Of a DNA stretch of 64,000 nucleotides, positions 1 through 10,587 are shown piece after piece. This stretch comes from Isurus oxyrinchus (Eukaryota). The DNA is taken from NCBI GenBank assembly GCA_026770705.1, contig JANJGN010000035.1, positions 10,912,001 through 10,976,000 of the forward strand. The letters run 5' to 3'. The notes under the pieces are model-generated. The model was given only the letters and a program-made list of their open reading frames with translations, made no database searches and was not told where the DNA came from. The position numbers and the translations under genes are program-made. Numbering within the stretch: position 1 is the stretch's first letter; each line of letters starts with the position of its first letter.

Positions 1-1420
1 ACAGATGTTAGCCTAACTGGCCTATGCTTTCTGGATTTCAGTCTCCCTCCATTGTTGCTGTATCTAATTCACTGAGGCCATTTCAGAATGTGGAGAACTT
101 TGGAAGATGATACGCAATGCCTCGACAATATCTACAGACACATTTTTATTAAGGTACTAGGATGGAGGCCATTAATGGCTTCTCAGCACTTAGGTCCAGC
201 AGCTTTCCCCAGCATAATTTCCCTGGTGATTGTGATTGTTTTGATTTCTACCCCTCCTTTCTTGATTATTACATTTCTTACAAACTCTTCTAAGGCTTCA
301 ACAGAGAAGACAGACTAAGAATATCCATTTAACACCTCTGTCATTTCATTGCTTTCAGTTATTAATTCCTCAGATTCCCCTTCCAGATGATCAATACCAG
401 CTTGTATTTAATTAGTATTTCCGTATTTAGAAAGGCTCTTGAAACTCTTATTATCTGTTGTTTCAATAACTTTCTCCCATACACTTCTTTCTTTCTGTTT
501 ATTTTTTCAAGTCGTCCTTTGCTGATACTTCAGATCTGTCCAATGTCCTGGTATACAACTAATGGTTTCAGATTTGCACACAGGTTCTTTCATTTTTATG
601 CTGTATTTAACTTGCTGATATATTCATGGATGATGCATCATCTTGAGAGACCCTTTATTTGTTACTGTGATAAATCCTTGCAGAGAGTTATTAAATATCA
701 TTTTTTTAAAAAATCTACCACTGCACTTCTACTTCCTACCCCTTAACCTGGTTTCCCAGTTCAATTTTTTTTAAGATAGTCCCACCTTCAAGCCCATATA
801 ATTACCTTCCTTCAGTTTTAAGCACTAGTCTCAGGCCCACACGTTCCCCTTTCAAATGAAAAGTAAAGCTTTAACATATTATGATCGCTGCCACCGGGAG
901 GGTACATTACCTAGAGGGTATTGATTAATCATGTCTCATTGCTTATTACTTTTCTAGAATGTCATGCTCCCTGGTGGACTTTAGGTGGTACTGTTGTAAG
1001 GTCTCATTCCAAATTCAGTCAATTAACTCATTTCACAGGGCCACATTTTCCAACCTGAATTCTCCAATTACTTGTAAATTGCAGTCACCCATGATTATCA
1101 TGGCACTTGCCTTAGGTGTTCATTTACTTCTTCCTGTATACTATGTCCTACAGTGTAAATGTTTTTATTGCAGGTATAAACCACTGTCACAAGTATCCAG
1201 TTATGTTTCCTATTTCTTGTCTCTAACCAAAGTGATTCTGCATCTTGCTGTTCAAGCTAAGACCATCTCTCACTATTACACGAATGCCATCTTTAACTAA
1301 CACAGCTACTTCACTAACTTTTCCTGGATTCCTGTATTTTGGAAATGTCAAATACCCATCAGCATTCAGCTCCCAGCCTTGGTCACCTTGCCAAACTGTC
1401 TCCAGAATTATTAACAGAAC
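1..1420 (-). mobile_element. Decayed CR1-type LINE fragment (APE endonuclease, linker, start of RT)
   Basis: Manual minus-strand translation gives collinear, broken CR1 ORF2 motifs: ETVWQGDQGWELNADGY (~1345-1405), VAVLVKDGI (~1285-1310), IIMGDCN (~1075-1100, GDFN-like), GSDHNM (~875-895), EMTEVLN..SVF (~300-350), NGLHPSTL (~150-175) and RPVRLTS (1-30, NYRPVSLTS-like). Many stops and frameshifts. Confidence 0.8.
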
Positions 1421-1467
1421 TTTGCCATTTTTGCAATCTCCAAACTTTTATTTATATTTAATTATTT

Positions 1468-1645
1468 CTCAGGATGCAGATTTCACTGGCTGGGCCAGCA
1501 TTTATTGCCCAGCCCTAGTTTCACTTGGGAAGTGGTGGTCAGCTGCATTCCTGAACCGTTGCAGACCCTGTGGTGTAGGTACTCCCGCAGTGCAGTCACG
1601 AAGGGAGTTCCAGGATTTTGACCCAGTGACAGTGAAGGAACTGTG
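1468..1645 (-). mobile_element. 3' terminal fragment of a non-LTR retrotransposon (LINE)
   Basis: ORF 1502..1783(-) ends SFTVTGSKSWNSL...TPQGLQRFRNAADHHF, resembling the C-terminal F..WN.LP region of LINE ORF2. It is followed by GGGCAATAAATGCTGGCCCAGCCAG and an A-rich tail on the minus strand. Clade not determined. Confidence 0.6.
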
Positions 1646-1654
1646 ATAAGGTGT

Positions 1655-1923
1655 GGTGATGGTGCAGTGATACTGTTGCTCGACTGTATTCCTATAATCC
1701 AGGTAAATGCTCTGGGCGTGGTGGGGGTGTGGGGATGAGATGGGGTGAATCCTGCCCCAGCAGACGTTGGAGTTTGACTTCAATAAAAATCTGGAATTAA
1801 AAATCTAGTGATGACAATGGAAACATTGTTGCTTGTTATAAAAATCCATCTGGTTCGCTCACGTCCTTTAGGGCCTTTATGTGACTCCATACCCACAGCA
1901 ATGTGGTTGGCTCTTAAATGCCA
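1655..1923 (+). mobile_element. tRNA-derived SINE, degenerate copy
   Basis: A-box-like TGGTGCAGTGA (1660-1670) and degenerate B-box GGGTGAATCC (~1743-1752). Body (..TCAATAAAAATCTGGAATTAAA..GGTTCGCTCA..TGTGGTTG) aligns by eye with the reverse complement of 5175-5440. Confidence 0.65.
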
Positions 1924-1924
1924 G

Positions 1925-1973
1925 GTTCCTGTTTCTTATTTAGATTTCCAGCATCCGCAATATTTTGCTTTTA
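1925..1973 (+). mobile_element. Short remnant of a Penelope-like pseudo-LTR end
   Basis: TTCCTGTTTCTTATTTAGATTTCCAGCATCCGCAATATTTTG matches the reverse complement of ~8655-8700 (TTCCGTTTTTGTTTTGGATTTCCAGCATCCACAGTTTTTT). Confidence 0.6.
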
Positions 1974-2779
1974 TTTGGGCATGTTCCTTTGGCCTTCAGA
2001 GGGGAGTTCGCTGCGTATGAATATTTGTAGCATCTACATATGTGGTGTAATGTATGTGTGGTTTACTTAAGCTGCGGTGCCATAACAACTGGCGACCGTA
2101 AATTGTCTGTTGCTATACCATCTATGACACTCGTGTTTGCTTAGCACGTGTTTTCATAAATGGAATACACATCGACCATTAGACATTATGATCTGGGTTT
2201 TGCAAGCATGGGGGAGTTGCAAGCGATAAGTACCCTGGCCATTGGGAACACCTACTGGGCCGTGCATGGCGCTATCACTGAGATTATTATCGCACATTAC
2301 TCTCTTCTGTGGTAGGCACAACAGCTATTTAAGGGCAGCATCTTTGCTAGTTAAAATAACGCTTGTATTGTTACTGCACAGTGGTAAGGTTGACATTAAG
2401 ACAGCCCCAATGACATATGAGCTCCATCAAATGGTTGCATCGCCTGTTTGGGCGCATGTCTCAGCTCATGTGCTGTTGAACCACGAATTCATGTCTTTAT
2501 CAACTTTCGACTGACTAGTCCATTGCACTCATCACTGGCCACGTTGCTCTTTCCCCATAATCGGGAGCTCATCGTAATCACCAACGCCCTCTTTTGCTAA
2601 CTCGTTTTATGCCCCGTTTCTTTCTTTGTACATGTGATCGCAGACATTGCAAATCTCCCAGTAGGAAACATTTCAGTTTTAAAATGTGGCTCTTTGTTTG
2701 GAAATCCTTCCTTGGCCACATTCTGTGACAAATCACCTCATCTTTGTATGCTCTGCCACTCTATACCTCGTGGTACCTT

Positions 2780-3365
2780 CTAATCCCCTCTGGGTTTACA
2801 ATAAATGCTTATCCCTGGTACATCCTCCATCTCCAAAAACAGTTTTCCCATCTTTATAAAGCTCTGTAGCCCTATGGCCGACCATGCTCCTCCAACCTCA
2901 ACCAAAATCCCTCCCAATCTCTGGAATATCCTGAAGCCCTTCAAACTCGTAATCTCTGTAATCCCTTCCAAGCCCACACAACTTCCTATCGTCAAACATT
3001 GCCCAGTTCCTAGAAACCCCCCTAACACTATAACTTCCTCCAGTTTCTGCAAACCTCCAGATCCCTCTAACTTCTGCCAGTTCCCACACACCTCCCTAAC
3101 TGTATAATCTCCTTCATTTCCCACGAACTTCCCCAACTCTATAACCTCCTCCTGTTCCAACAATATTTTCCTATCACTCTAACCTCCGACAGTTCCTACA
3201 ACCTCTTCCTATCCTTATAACCTCCTCCAGCCCAAACAACCATCTCTTTCTCTTTAACCTCCTCTACCCCTGCAGACTACCCTATGTCTGTAACTTCCCC
3301 CAATTCTGGCAGCCTTCTCCCAGCCCTTTAACTTCATCCAGCCTCTACAACGCTCCCTGTCTCTC
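2780..3365 (+). repeat. Highly degenerate C/T-rich minisatellite (L2-derived, left part)
   Basis: Recurrent decayed units of the type CCCTATCTCTGTAACCTCCTCCAGCCC.ACAA (e.g. 3207-3240, 3280-3310); same family as 4278-4601. Confidence 0.55.
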
Positions 3366-3371
3366 AGCGCA

Positions 3372-4265
3372 TAGGCACATTGAAATGGAGAGGAATAGGC
3401 TGTTCGGCCCTTGGACCCTGCACAGCCGTTCAATATGATCAGGCTGATGCTCTGTCTTACCGCCATATTCCTGCTTTATCTTCATACCTCTTGATGCCTC
3501 CAATATCCCAAACATTACGGAATTATTTCTTAATATATTTGGTGAGTGGCTCCTAAGTTGAGTGGATTCCTCAGTTTGACCACACTTTGAGGGAAGAAAT
3601 TATTCCTCACCAGAGTCCTAAATCGCCTGCCCTGTATCCTGAGACTGGGGCCCCTGGCTCTCGACTCCCCAACCAGTGGAAACATCCTCCCTGCACCCAG
3701 TCTGTCCAGCCATGCCCGAATTTATACGTTTCAATAAGATCCACTCTCACTCTTCTAAACTCTGGCCCAGTCGAACCTATCTCTTCTCATACGACAGCAC
3801 TGTTGGCCCCGTTATCAGCCTTGTGAACCATCGCTGCACTCCCTCAATGGAAACTATATCCTTTGTCATGTACGGAGAGCAAAACTAAGTGCAATGCTTC
3901 AGGTTTGGTCTCGCCAAGGCCGTGTATAGCTTCAGTAAGTCATCCCTACCTCTGAACTCAAAGCCCCTTTCAGTGAAGACCAACATACCATTTGCCTCCT
4001 TAATTGCTTGCTGGCCCTGACTGCCTACTTTCTTTGACTGGACTGCAAGGACACCCAGGTCCCTTTGGACATCCACATTTCCCAATATATCACCATTTAA
4101 ATAACACTCTGTCTTTTTAATTTTCACACCGGAGCGAATAACTTAACGTTTCCATGTTATACTCCACCTGCCATATGTTTTCCCACACAGATAATTTGTC
4201 TAAATCACCCTGACGCCTCCTTGCATCATCCTCACAATGCACAACCCCACCCAATTTTGTGTTTC
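3372..4265 (-). mobile_element. 5'-truncated CR1 LINE (C-terminal RT region and 3' UTR)
   Basis: ORF 4117..4344(-) TKLGGVVHCEDDARRRQGDLDKLSVW and ORF 3885..4127(-) QRDLGVL...KEANGMLVF...LLKLYTALARPNLKHC are typical CR1 RT C-terminal motifs. A CR1-like 3' UTR lies at ~3375-3470. Confidence 0.85.
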
Positions 4266-4277
4266 TGTTAGCTCTTG

Positions 4278-4601
4278 AAGCCTGTACAACTCTCCCTATC
4301 TCATAAATCTCCTCCAACCTGTACAACCTTCGGCATCTCTGCAACCTATGAAAGCATCCTTTAGTTCTGACAACCCTCCGCTATATCTACAAGCTCTTCC
4401 ATTACGTTCAATACTCTCCTATCTTTATAACCTTCTCCAATACGTACAAACCTATCTCTGTACCCTCCTCCAAGCTGTACAGTCCTCCCTATCTCTGTTA
4501 GCTCCTCCAGTCCGAACAACCCTCCCTATCTCTGTACTCTCCTCCAATCTGTACAATGCTCCCTATCTCGGTAAGTTCCTCCAACCCGTACAACCCTCCC
4601 T
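4278..4601 (+). repeat. ~37-bp minisatellite derived from an L2-type LINE 3' region (right part)
   Basis: Tandem units such as CCCTCCCTATCTCTGTACTCTCCTCCAATCTGTACAA (37 bp, ~4519-4556). The unit translates as P.YLCNLLQ.Y, like the APPYL..LLQPY motif near the end of L2 ORF2 (family assignment is inference). Confidence 0.65.
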
Positions 4602-5174
4602 GTCCATGTCACCCAGGAATTTTGCGGGCCACGCACTTTATGACTGTGCAGTCTATGGAGCATGACTGACTGGTGTTTTCTAAACTCCGGGATGTGATTT
4701 CGGTGCATTCTCTCACCTTGGGAGTTTGGAGCATTGTGTGTGCAACGGAACAATTTCCATCATGGTCGTTTGAAATATTGAAGCCCAGGTCTTCAGCTCC
4801 CTGGCCGATAAGCGTCATTACTGCACTTTAATCCTTTCAGAAACGCTTTAAGCTTATTTGTTTTTTGCCAATTCTTCTACAACCAATGTTATATATCCGT
4901 AGGTTCATTTATCTTGTTCTTGATTCCATTCCTTTTAGTGCCCCGAGAAAGCATGTTGCTGCTTTTTATTACTTTGAATACCACATGTAAATAAATCTTT
5001 GCATTGGACTGGTATGTGTGATATAGCGCATGCAACCACATGAGTGTTTGTCTCTGTTTTAGATTATGTATATTCAACCAGTAACAATCATATCAACAAC
5101 ATTAGGCACTGTTTTATATTTTCTAGGCCGGTATGTCTTGCCCATACCCGATTGACCCTGTTTAGAGAACATTT

Positions 5175-5440
5175 AATAGACAACCACACTGATGTAGGCC
5201 TGGCCAGTTTAGAGCATGAGGTGAGATAAGGAGGGATGGTTGTAGGAGTTTACAGAGGTCAGTGAACCACAGAATCAGCAACGGTTTCATGTCCATCATC
5301 TGTTATTTAATTCCAGGTTTTAATTGAATTCCAGTTACTCAATCATCTGTCCTGGTGGGATTGGAACCAAGACCCAAAAACATTATACTGTGTCTGTGGA
5401 ATACTAGTTGAGAAGCAATACCACTATGCCACAGCCTCCC
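5175..5440 (-). mobile_element. tRNA-derived SINE, degenerate copy
   Basis: Minus strand starts GGGAGGCTGTGGCATAGTGGTA (A box TGGCATAGTGG) and has B box GGTTCCAATCC (~5357-5368). Body is similar to 1655-1923. Confidence 0.7.
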
Positions 5441-5969
5441 ACAATGGTGCCGATCTGTTGCCATTGGATTCATTATTTACAAATGTCACAGGCTTTTTCA
5501 CCATTCCTTGTGTTCGTCCTCCCAGCGGGACTGACCACCATTTCGGCCCGGCCAGCGGGTATTTCTAATCTACGCGTAGCGTGCTGACTGCTCCTTGCGC
5601 CCAAGTCGTACAAACGGGGATATCCCAACTTCGTACAAGAGGAAAGATCCGACAGTAGTGCTTTCGTTACTCTTTTGAACGTCTGTCAATATATCAGAGG
5701 GCCTGGGAGATTATTCATTAGGAGCCCCCGCTGTATGCGCCAATACTTTGTATGGTGGTCACACAATAAAAAACATTCCCCTTGCTGTCCATTTTTAGCA
5801 AAGACCTAATATCACATTATTCAAGAAAAAGCTGACGACATGTGCGAAACCTGCTTCCATCAAGTTTCTTACAGAGAAAGTGAAACCCAAGTGATTTTGG
5901 AACTCAAAGAATAGAAATGTCAGAGCCAGAGGAGTAGAAGGAGACCGGGATAATGTTTTAATTTCCCAT

Positions 5970-6851
5970 TCACCTGAGCAATAACATAATACACTTCCAA
6001 GGAGATTTCACCACCTTCTTCAGCTCTCCACTGAATTTAGTTTGTGTGGCTGCCTAAATGCAGGTGTTTGTACAGGAGCTCAAATTCAGTGGCGACGTAC
6101 ACAGGAGATGCACCATTTTCTCGGTAGTGCGCAGTGTTTGTTATTCTGGTAGATAAAAAGCTCACGGTCGCAGGCAGCCACAGCAGGATAAAACTACAGG
6201 ATACAGCGAAGAGTAAAATGATGGATTTTCTCCGGCTCTCCATCTCCGCGTCGCTTTGACTCTCACTTCTGTTGCCGCCCATTGCCCTGCGAGACCTGTT
6301 GGCTACTAAAATACGCCTGACTGTCAAACAATTAAACAGTAATATCAGAGCAAAAGGAAGCCACGGGACTCAGACACTCTGCAGCCAGGAGTGCGCCTCA
6401 CCTACAGGCGATAGAAAGAAGTTCAATCTCGTGCGACAGCCCCAGGGAACATGGTCAGTATATCGTTCAGGTCCATATGCGAAAATAAACGGGATGTTCT
6501 CTGAGCAGATCAGGGCTGTGGCAGCCGTTACAACTGCAACAGCCGTTCTCGCTCTGCAATACCTTGATTTAAACTTCTCCCAACATATAACTACAAATCG
6601 GTCAAATGTGAACAATACTGTAAACCATACCGACGTGTACAGCTGACTGAATTCAGGTAGAGGGAGAGCGTGCACACGGCGGTTTAGGAGAGGAACGAAT
6701 TTGCAAAGTGATAGCTAAAAACATTATAGACACTTAACGTTGAAGACCATTATAAGCAGGTCTGCTGCCGCCATGGCCACCAGGTAGACAGAGGTGCATC
6801 TGGAAAGGTCGCAGTTTCCTGCACAGAGAATCACGAGTGTCACCAGGTTCG
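5970..6851 (-). pseudogene. GPR139/GPR142-like class A GPCR pseudogene (large 3' coding exon)
   Basis: Acceptor TTTTCCTTGCAG precedes 6851. Reconstructed frame: NLVTLVIL..YLVAMAAADLL..WFTVLFTFDRFVVIC..KYC-like..WLPFALILLFNCLTVRRILVANR..RRKSIILLFAVSCSFILLW..LSSCTNTCI*AATQTKF..KSPW..stop at 5970-5972. Disablements: in-frame stops at 6684-6686, 6370-6372 and 6054-6056; frameshifts near 6733 and 6643; a deletion near 6085. First exon not located. Confidence 0.85.
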
Positions 6852-8747
6852 CTGCAAGGAAAATGGAAACGAGTTAAATAAGGGAGACACTCAGCGAATG
6901 CCGACATAATGACCTGGAACAAACCCAGAAGTGTTGATACTCAGGCGTATGTAAAATGGGATCTTTTTAAATTAATTACATGGGATCATTGACAAAGACA
7001 ACATACAAATTATACTATTGAGCTCTCGACCTGTAGGGATGGACAATTTGACGTTTTCCCAAGATAATCCAGATCAATGCTATTAAGTATCGGACGAACA
7101 CAGTATAAACTGCCTACAGAGTCGAAAACGGGAATAGCAATCAAAGGGGAATGACCTGGATCGCAAAAGGCGGGAGACTGGTTACCCGTTTGGGTTGTGG
7201 GAGCACTTCTGATCGTTTACATAATGGTGATCAGGAATCAGAAGTTACCGTTTGTGAATGCCGCTAAGTTGGAGACGATAGCTATCACATTAGAGCGAAT
7301 GAGGCAAAATGGTGGAATACATTATTAAACTTGCCGAATGGGCATCTCATTGGCGAATGATCTTCAATAGAGATATCTAAGAGGTAGTGGCCGTTGGTTG
7401 CAAGAATGCCGAGGCTATGTTCTACAGAAAATAAAATAATTAGGCATGACCTGATTTTTGTCTTTACGCAGGTAAGAAGAGTTGATAGATTAGACATAAG
7501 GAATGTGATTCCAGTCGTAAACAAGGACGTAACTAGCGGCTATAATATGTGATAATATGCTTTGCCATTTCCCATCCATTACAGCAGCTGAGTTATATCT
7601 AAGATTGTTCCCTCACACAACAGGTTCAATAAGTAGCCAGGGTTTATTTATCATTAAGACTAATGCTTAACAGTAAGCTGACCTCACCTTTGGCACTCTC
7701 TTACAGGGAAACATTTAGCCAACAGCGTCCACAACATTACATGGTTTCAATCAGAAGTAAAGATACAGAAAATCATCAATAAGGTCCCCATTTCAGAAGC
7801 GAATTGTAAACTAGCTGCTAAGTTGGAAGAAATCAATTAATTAACCTTACTAAGTGGCGACGGGAATACTCTACAATGCAAATCGGATATTTTAAGAGTG
7901 AGGTACCGGGATAAGACATGGAAAAGAGTTAACAAAAGTTCAGAAGCGGAAAGTAGAGGAATGAAATAAGCCAACGTGACTAATCAGTTTGTAGAAAGAC
8001 AGGCGAAATGTGAGAAAATATCGATGCGGGAAATACCTATTAATTGCACCATTAACTAAAATATTACAACTGATGAGTTTGAAGGCTGCTAATATATCAC
8101 CTTCAGGGAGAATGATGGATACTTGGACTTGATGTGCCGAATATCCCACTCCTGTACCAATATTAATATATGGCTCTTTGACTCTAATTGCTGAAGTAAT
8201 GTAACTTACTTCAGCTGCAGGAGAAGTAAAAGAACAGATAGAGAATCCATTGTGCCACTTTAAGACGTCTCAAAGGCCATATGAATATGAATAAAATGTG
8301 AAATGACTACTTGTATTTTGTTCACTTTCCCCAGTTTCAGAACCGAGTATTTTGATGTTAAAACTACGAATATTAATACAGCCTAACATACCGTTTCATA
8401 AATATTTAGCACAGCTTTCTTGAGCCTGTACCTTATTCAATTAGAATTAAAGCTGAATATTCAATGTGTCTTTTAACAATATTCTGAGCTTCTGCTGGTG
8501 CCTTGTCAAACTCCAGGAGGGAAATGGAAAGCAATGAAGGTGAGCAAGGCAAAAGAGAGGTACGGAAATCTTGTCGCAGGGAAGAACAGAAGTTCTTCAA
8601 GGAGGTAGGCATTTCTTGAAGAGCAGTGGTGGTCAATTAAACACAGAGATAAAAACAAAAAAAAACTGTGGATGCTGGAAATCCAAAACAAAAACGGAAT
8701 TACCTGGAAAAACTCAGCAGGTATGGCAGCATCGGCGGAGAAGAAAA

Positions 8748-8788
8748 GAGTCGACGTTTCGGGTCCTCATGACCCTTCGACAGAACTT
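8748..8788 (-). ncRNA. Minimal type I hammerhead-ribozyme-like motif in the Penelope pseudo-LTR
   Basis: Minus strand reads AGTT-CTGTCGA-A-GGGTC-ATGAG-GACCC-GAAA-CGTC-GACT: CUGANGA-like box, perfect 5-bp stem II, GAAA box, palindromic ACGT in place of stem III, UC site, 4-bp stem I (AGUU/GACU). Minimal hammerheads are an established feature of Penelope pseudo-LTRs. Confidence 0.65.
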
Positions 8789-8830
8789 GAGTTCGAGTCC
8801 AAGAAAGAGTTGAAATATAAGCTGGTTTAA

Positions 8831-8900
8831 GGTGTTGGTGGGTGGGGGGTGGGGGGGGGGGGTGGAGAGAGAGAGAGAAGTGGATGGGGTGGTGTGGTTG
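8831..8900 (+). repeat. G-rich / (GA)n low-complexity tract within the Penelope 3' UTR
   Basis: GGTGGGTGGGGGGT, a 12-G run, then a short (GA)n. Confidence 0.8.
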
Positions 8901-9189
8901 TAGGCAAAAGCAGTGTTAGAAGCAGATCATCAAAAGATGTCATAAACAACAGGACAAAAGAACACATAGGGGTTAAAGTTGGTGATATTATCTAAACGAA
9001 TGTGCTAATTAAGAATGGATGGTAGGGCACTCAAGGTATAGCTCTAGTGGGGGTGGGGAGAGCATAAAAGATTTAACAATATTTAAAAATAGTGGAAATA
9101 AGTGGGAAAAGAAAAATCTATATCATTTATTGGAAAAAAAATCAAAAGGAAGGGGGAAACAGAAAGGGGGTGGGGATGGAAGATGGAGC

Positions 9190-10587
9190 TCAAGACCTAA
9201 AGTTGTTGAATTCAATATTCAGTCCGGAAGGCTGCAAAGTGCCTAGTCGGAAGATGAGGTGTTGTTCCTCCAGTTTGCGTTGGGCTTCACTGGAACAATG
9301 CAGCAAGCCAAGGACAGACATGTGGGCAAGAGAGCAGGGTGGAGTGTTAAAATGGCAAGCGACAGGGAGGTTTGGGTCATTCTTGCGGACAGACCACAGG
9401 TGTTCTGCAAAGCGGTCGCCCAGTTTACGTTTGGTCTCTCCAATGTAGAGGAGACCACATTGGGAGCAACGAATGCAGTAGACTAAGTTGGGGGAAATGC
9501 AAATGAAATGCTGCTTCACTTGAAAGGAATGTTTGGGCCCTTGGAAGGTGAGGAGAGAGGAAGTGAAGGGGCAGGTGTTGCATCTTTTGCGTGGGCATGG
9601 GGTGGTGCCATAGGAGGGGGTTGAGGAGTAGGGGGTGATGAAGGAGTGGACCAGGGTATCCTGGAGGGAGCGATCCCTACGGAATGCCGATAGGGGGGGT
9701 GAAGGGAAGATGTGTTTGGTGGTGGCATCATGCTGGAGTTGGCGGAAATGTTGGAGGATGATCGTTTGAATGCGGAGGCTGGTGGGGTGATACGTGAGGA
9801 CAAGGGGGACCCTATCATGTTTCTGGGAGGGAGGAGAAGGCATGAGGGCGAATGCGCGGGAGATGGGCCGGACACGGTTGAGGGCCCTGTCAACGACGGT
9901 GGGTGGAAAACCTCGGTTAAGAAAGAAGGAGGACATGTCAGAGGAACTGTTTTTGAAGGTAGCATCATCGGAACAGATGCGATGGAGGCGAAGGAACTGA
10001 GAGAATGGGATGGAGTCCTTACAGGAAGCGGGGTGTGTGGAGCTGTAGTCGAAGTAGATGTGGGAGTCGTTGGATTTGTATTGGATATTGGTGGACAGTC
10101 TATCACCAGAGATTGAGACAGAGAGGTCAAGGAAGGGAAGGGAAGTGTCAGAGATGGACAACGTGAAAATGATGGAGGGGTGCAGATTGGCAGCAAAATT
10201 AATAAATTTTTCCAAATCCCAACGAGAGCATCAAGCAACACCGAAGTAAACATCAAAGTACCGGAGAAAGAGTTGTGGAAGGGGGACGGAGTAGGAACGG
10301 AACAAGGGATGTTCCACATACCCCATACAGAGACAGGCTTAGCTGGGGCCCATCGGGTACCCATAGCCACACCTTTTATTTGGAAGAAGTGAGAGGAGTT
10401 GAAGGAGAAATTGTTCAGTGTGAGAACAAGTTCAACCAGACGGTGGAGAGTAGTGGTGGATTGGGATGGTTCGGGCCTCTGTTCGAGGAAGAAGATAAGG
10501 GCCTTCAGACCATCCTGGTGAGGGATGGAGGTGTAGAGGGATTGGACTTCCAAGGTGAAGAGGAAGCGGTTAGGGCCAGGGAACTGG
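9190..10587 (-). pseudogene. Disrupted Penelope RT/GIY-YIG ORF
   Basis: Joined from ORFs 9516..10553 and 9190..10215 via a 1-bp deletion near 10354. Stops at 10339-10341 and 10231-10233; catalytic YxDD reads YFDV (10249-10260). The final 341 codons remain open. Confidence 0.88.

Larger units (their letters stand above)
8495..10587 (-). mobile_element. Penelope-like retroelement, 5'-truncated (RT remnant + GIY-YIG endonuclease + pseudo-LTR + ORF-start tail)
   Basis: RT motifs FLFTLEVQSLYTSIPH (D>E), NNFSFNSSHFFQIKGVAMGT and LPFLD; GIY-YIG domain NLVYCIRCSQCGLLYIGETKRKLGDRFAEH...GLN preceded by CxxxxCxxC. 3' non-coding region 9189-8650 carries a hammerhead-like motif, then an ORF start MPTSLKNFCSSLRQDF. 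Confidence 0.92.

Noticed and set aside
2083-2100. TAACA-AC-TGGCGACC as an LTR end plus primer-binding site
   Set aside because: No second LTR and no gag/pol remnant seen; the motif is too short on its own.
2780-3163. ORFs 2780..3163(-), 2805..3107(+) and 4348..4665(+) as genes
   Set aside because: Low-complexity translations of the L2-derived minisatellite.
7840-7920. Candidate first exon of the GPCR pseudogene
   Set aside because: An ATG and GTAAG donor-like site exist on the minus strand, but the peptide does not resemble a GPR139-like TM1 start.
9019-10392. + strand ORFs overlapping the Penelope element
   Set aside because: Antisense shadows of the RT/GIY-YIG frame.
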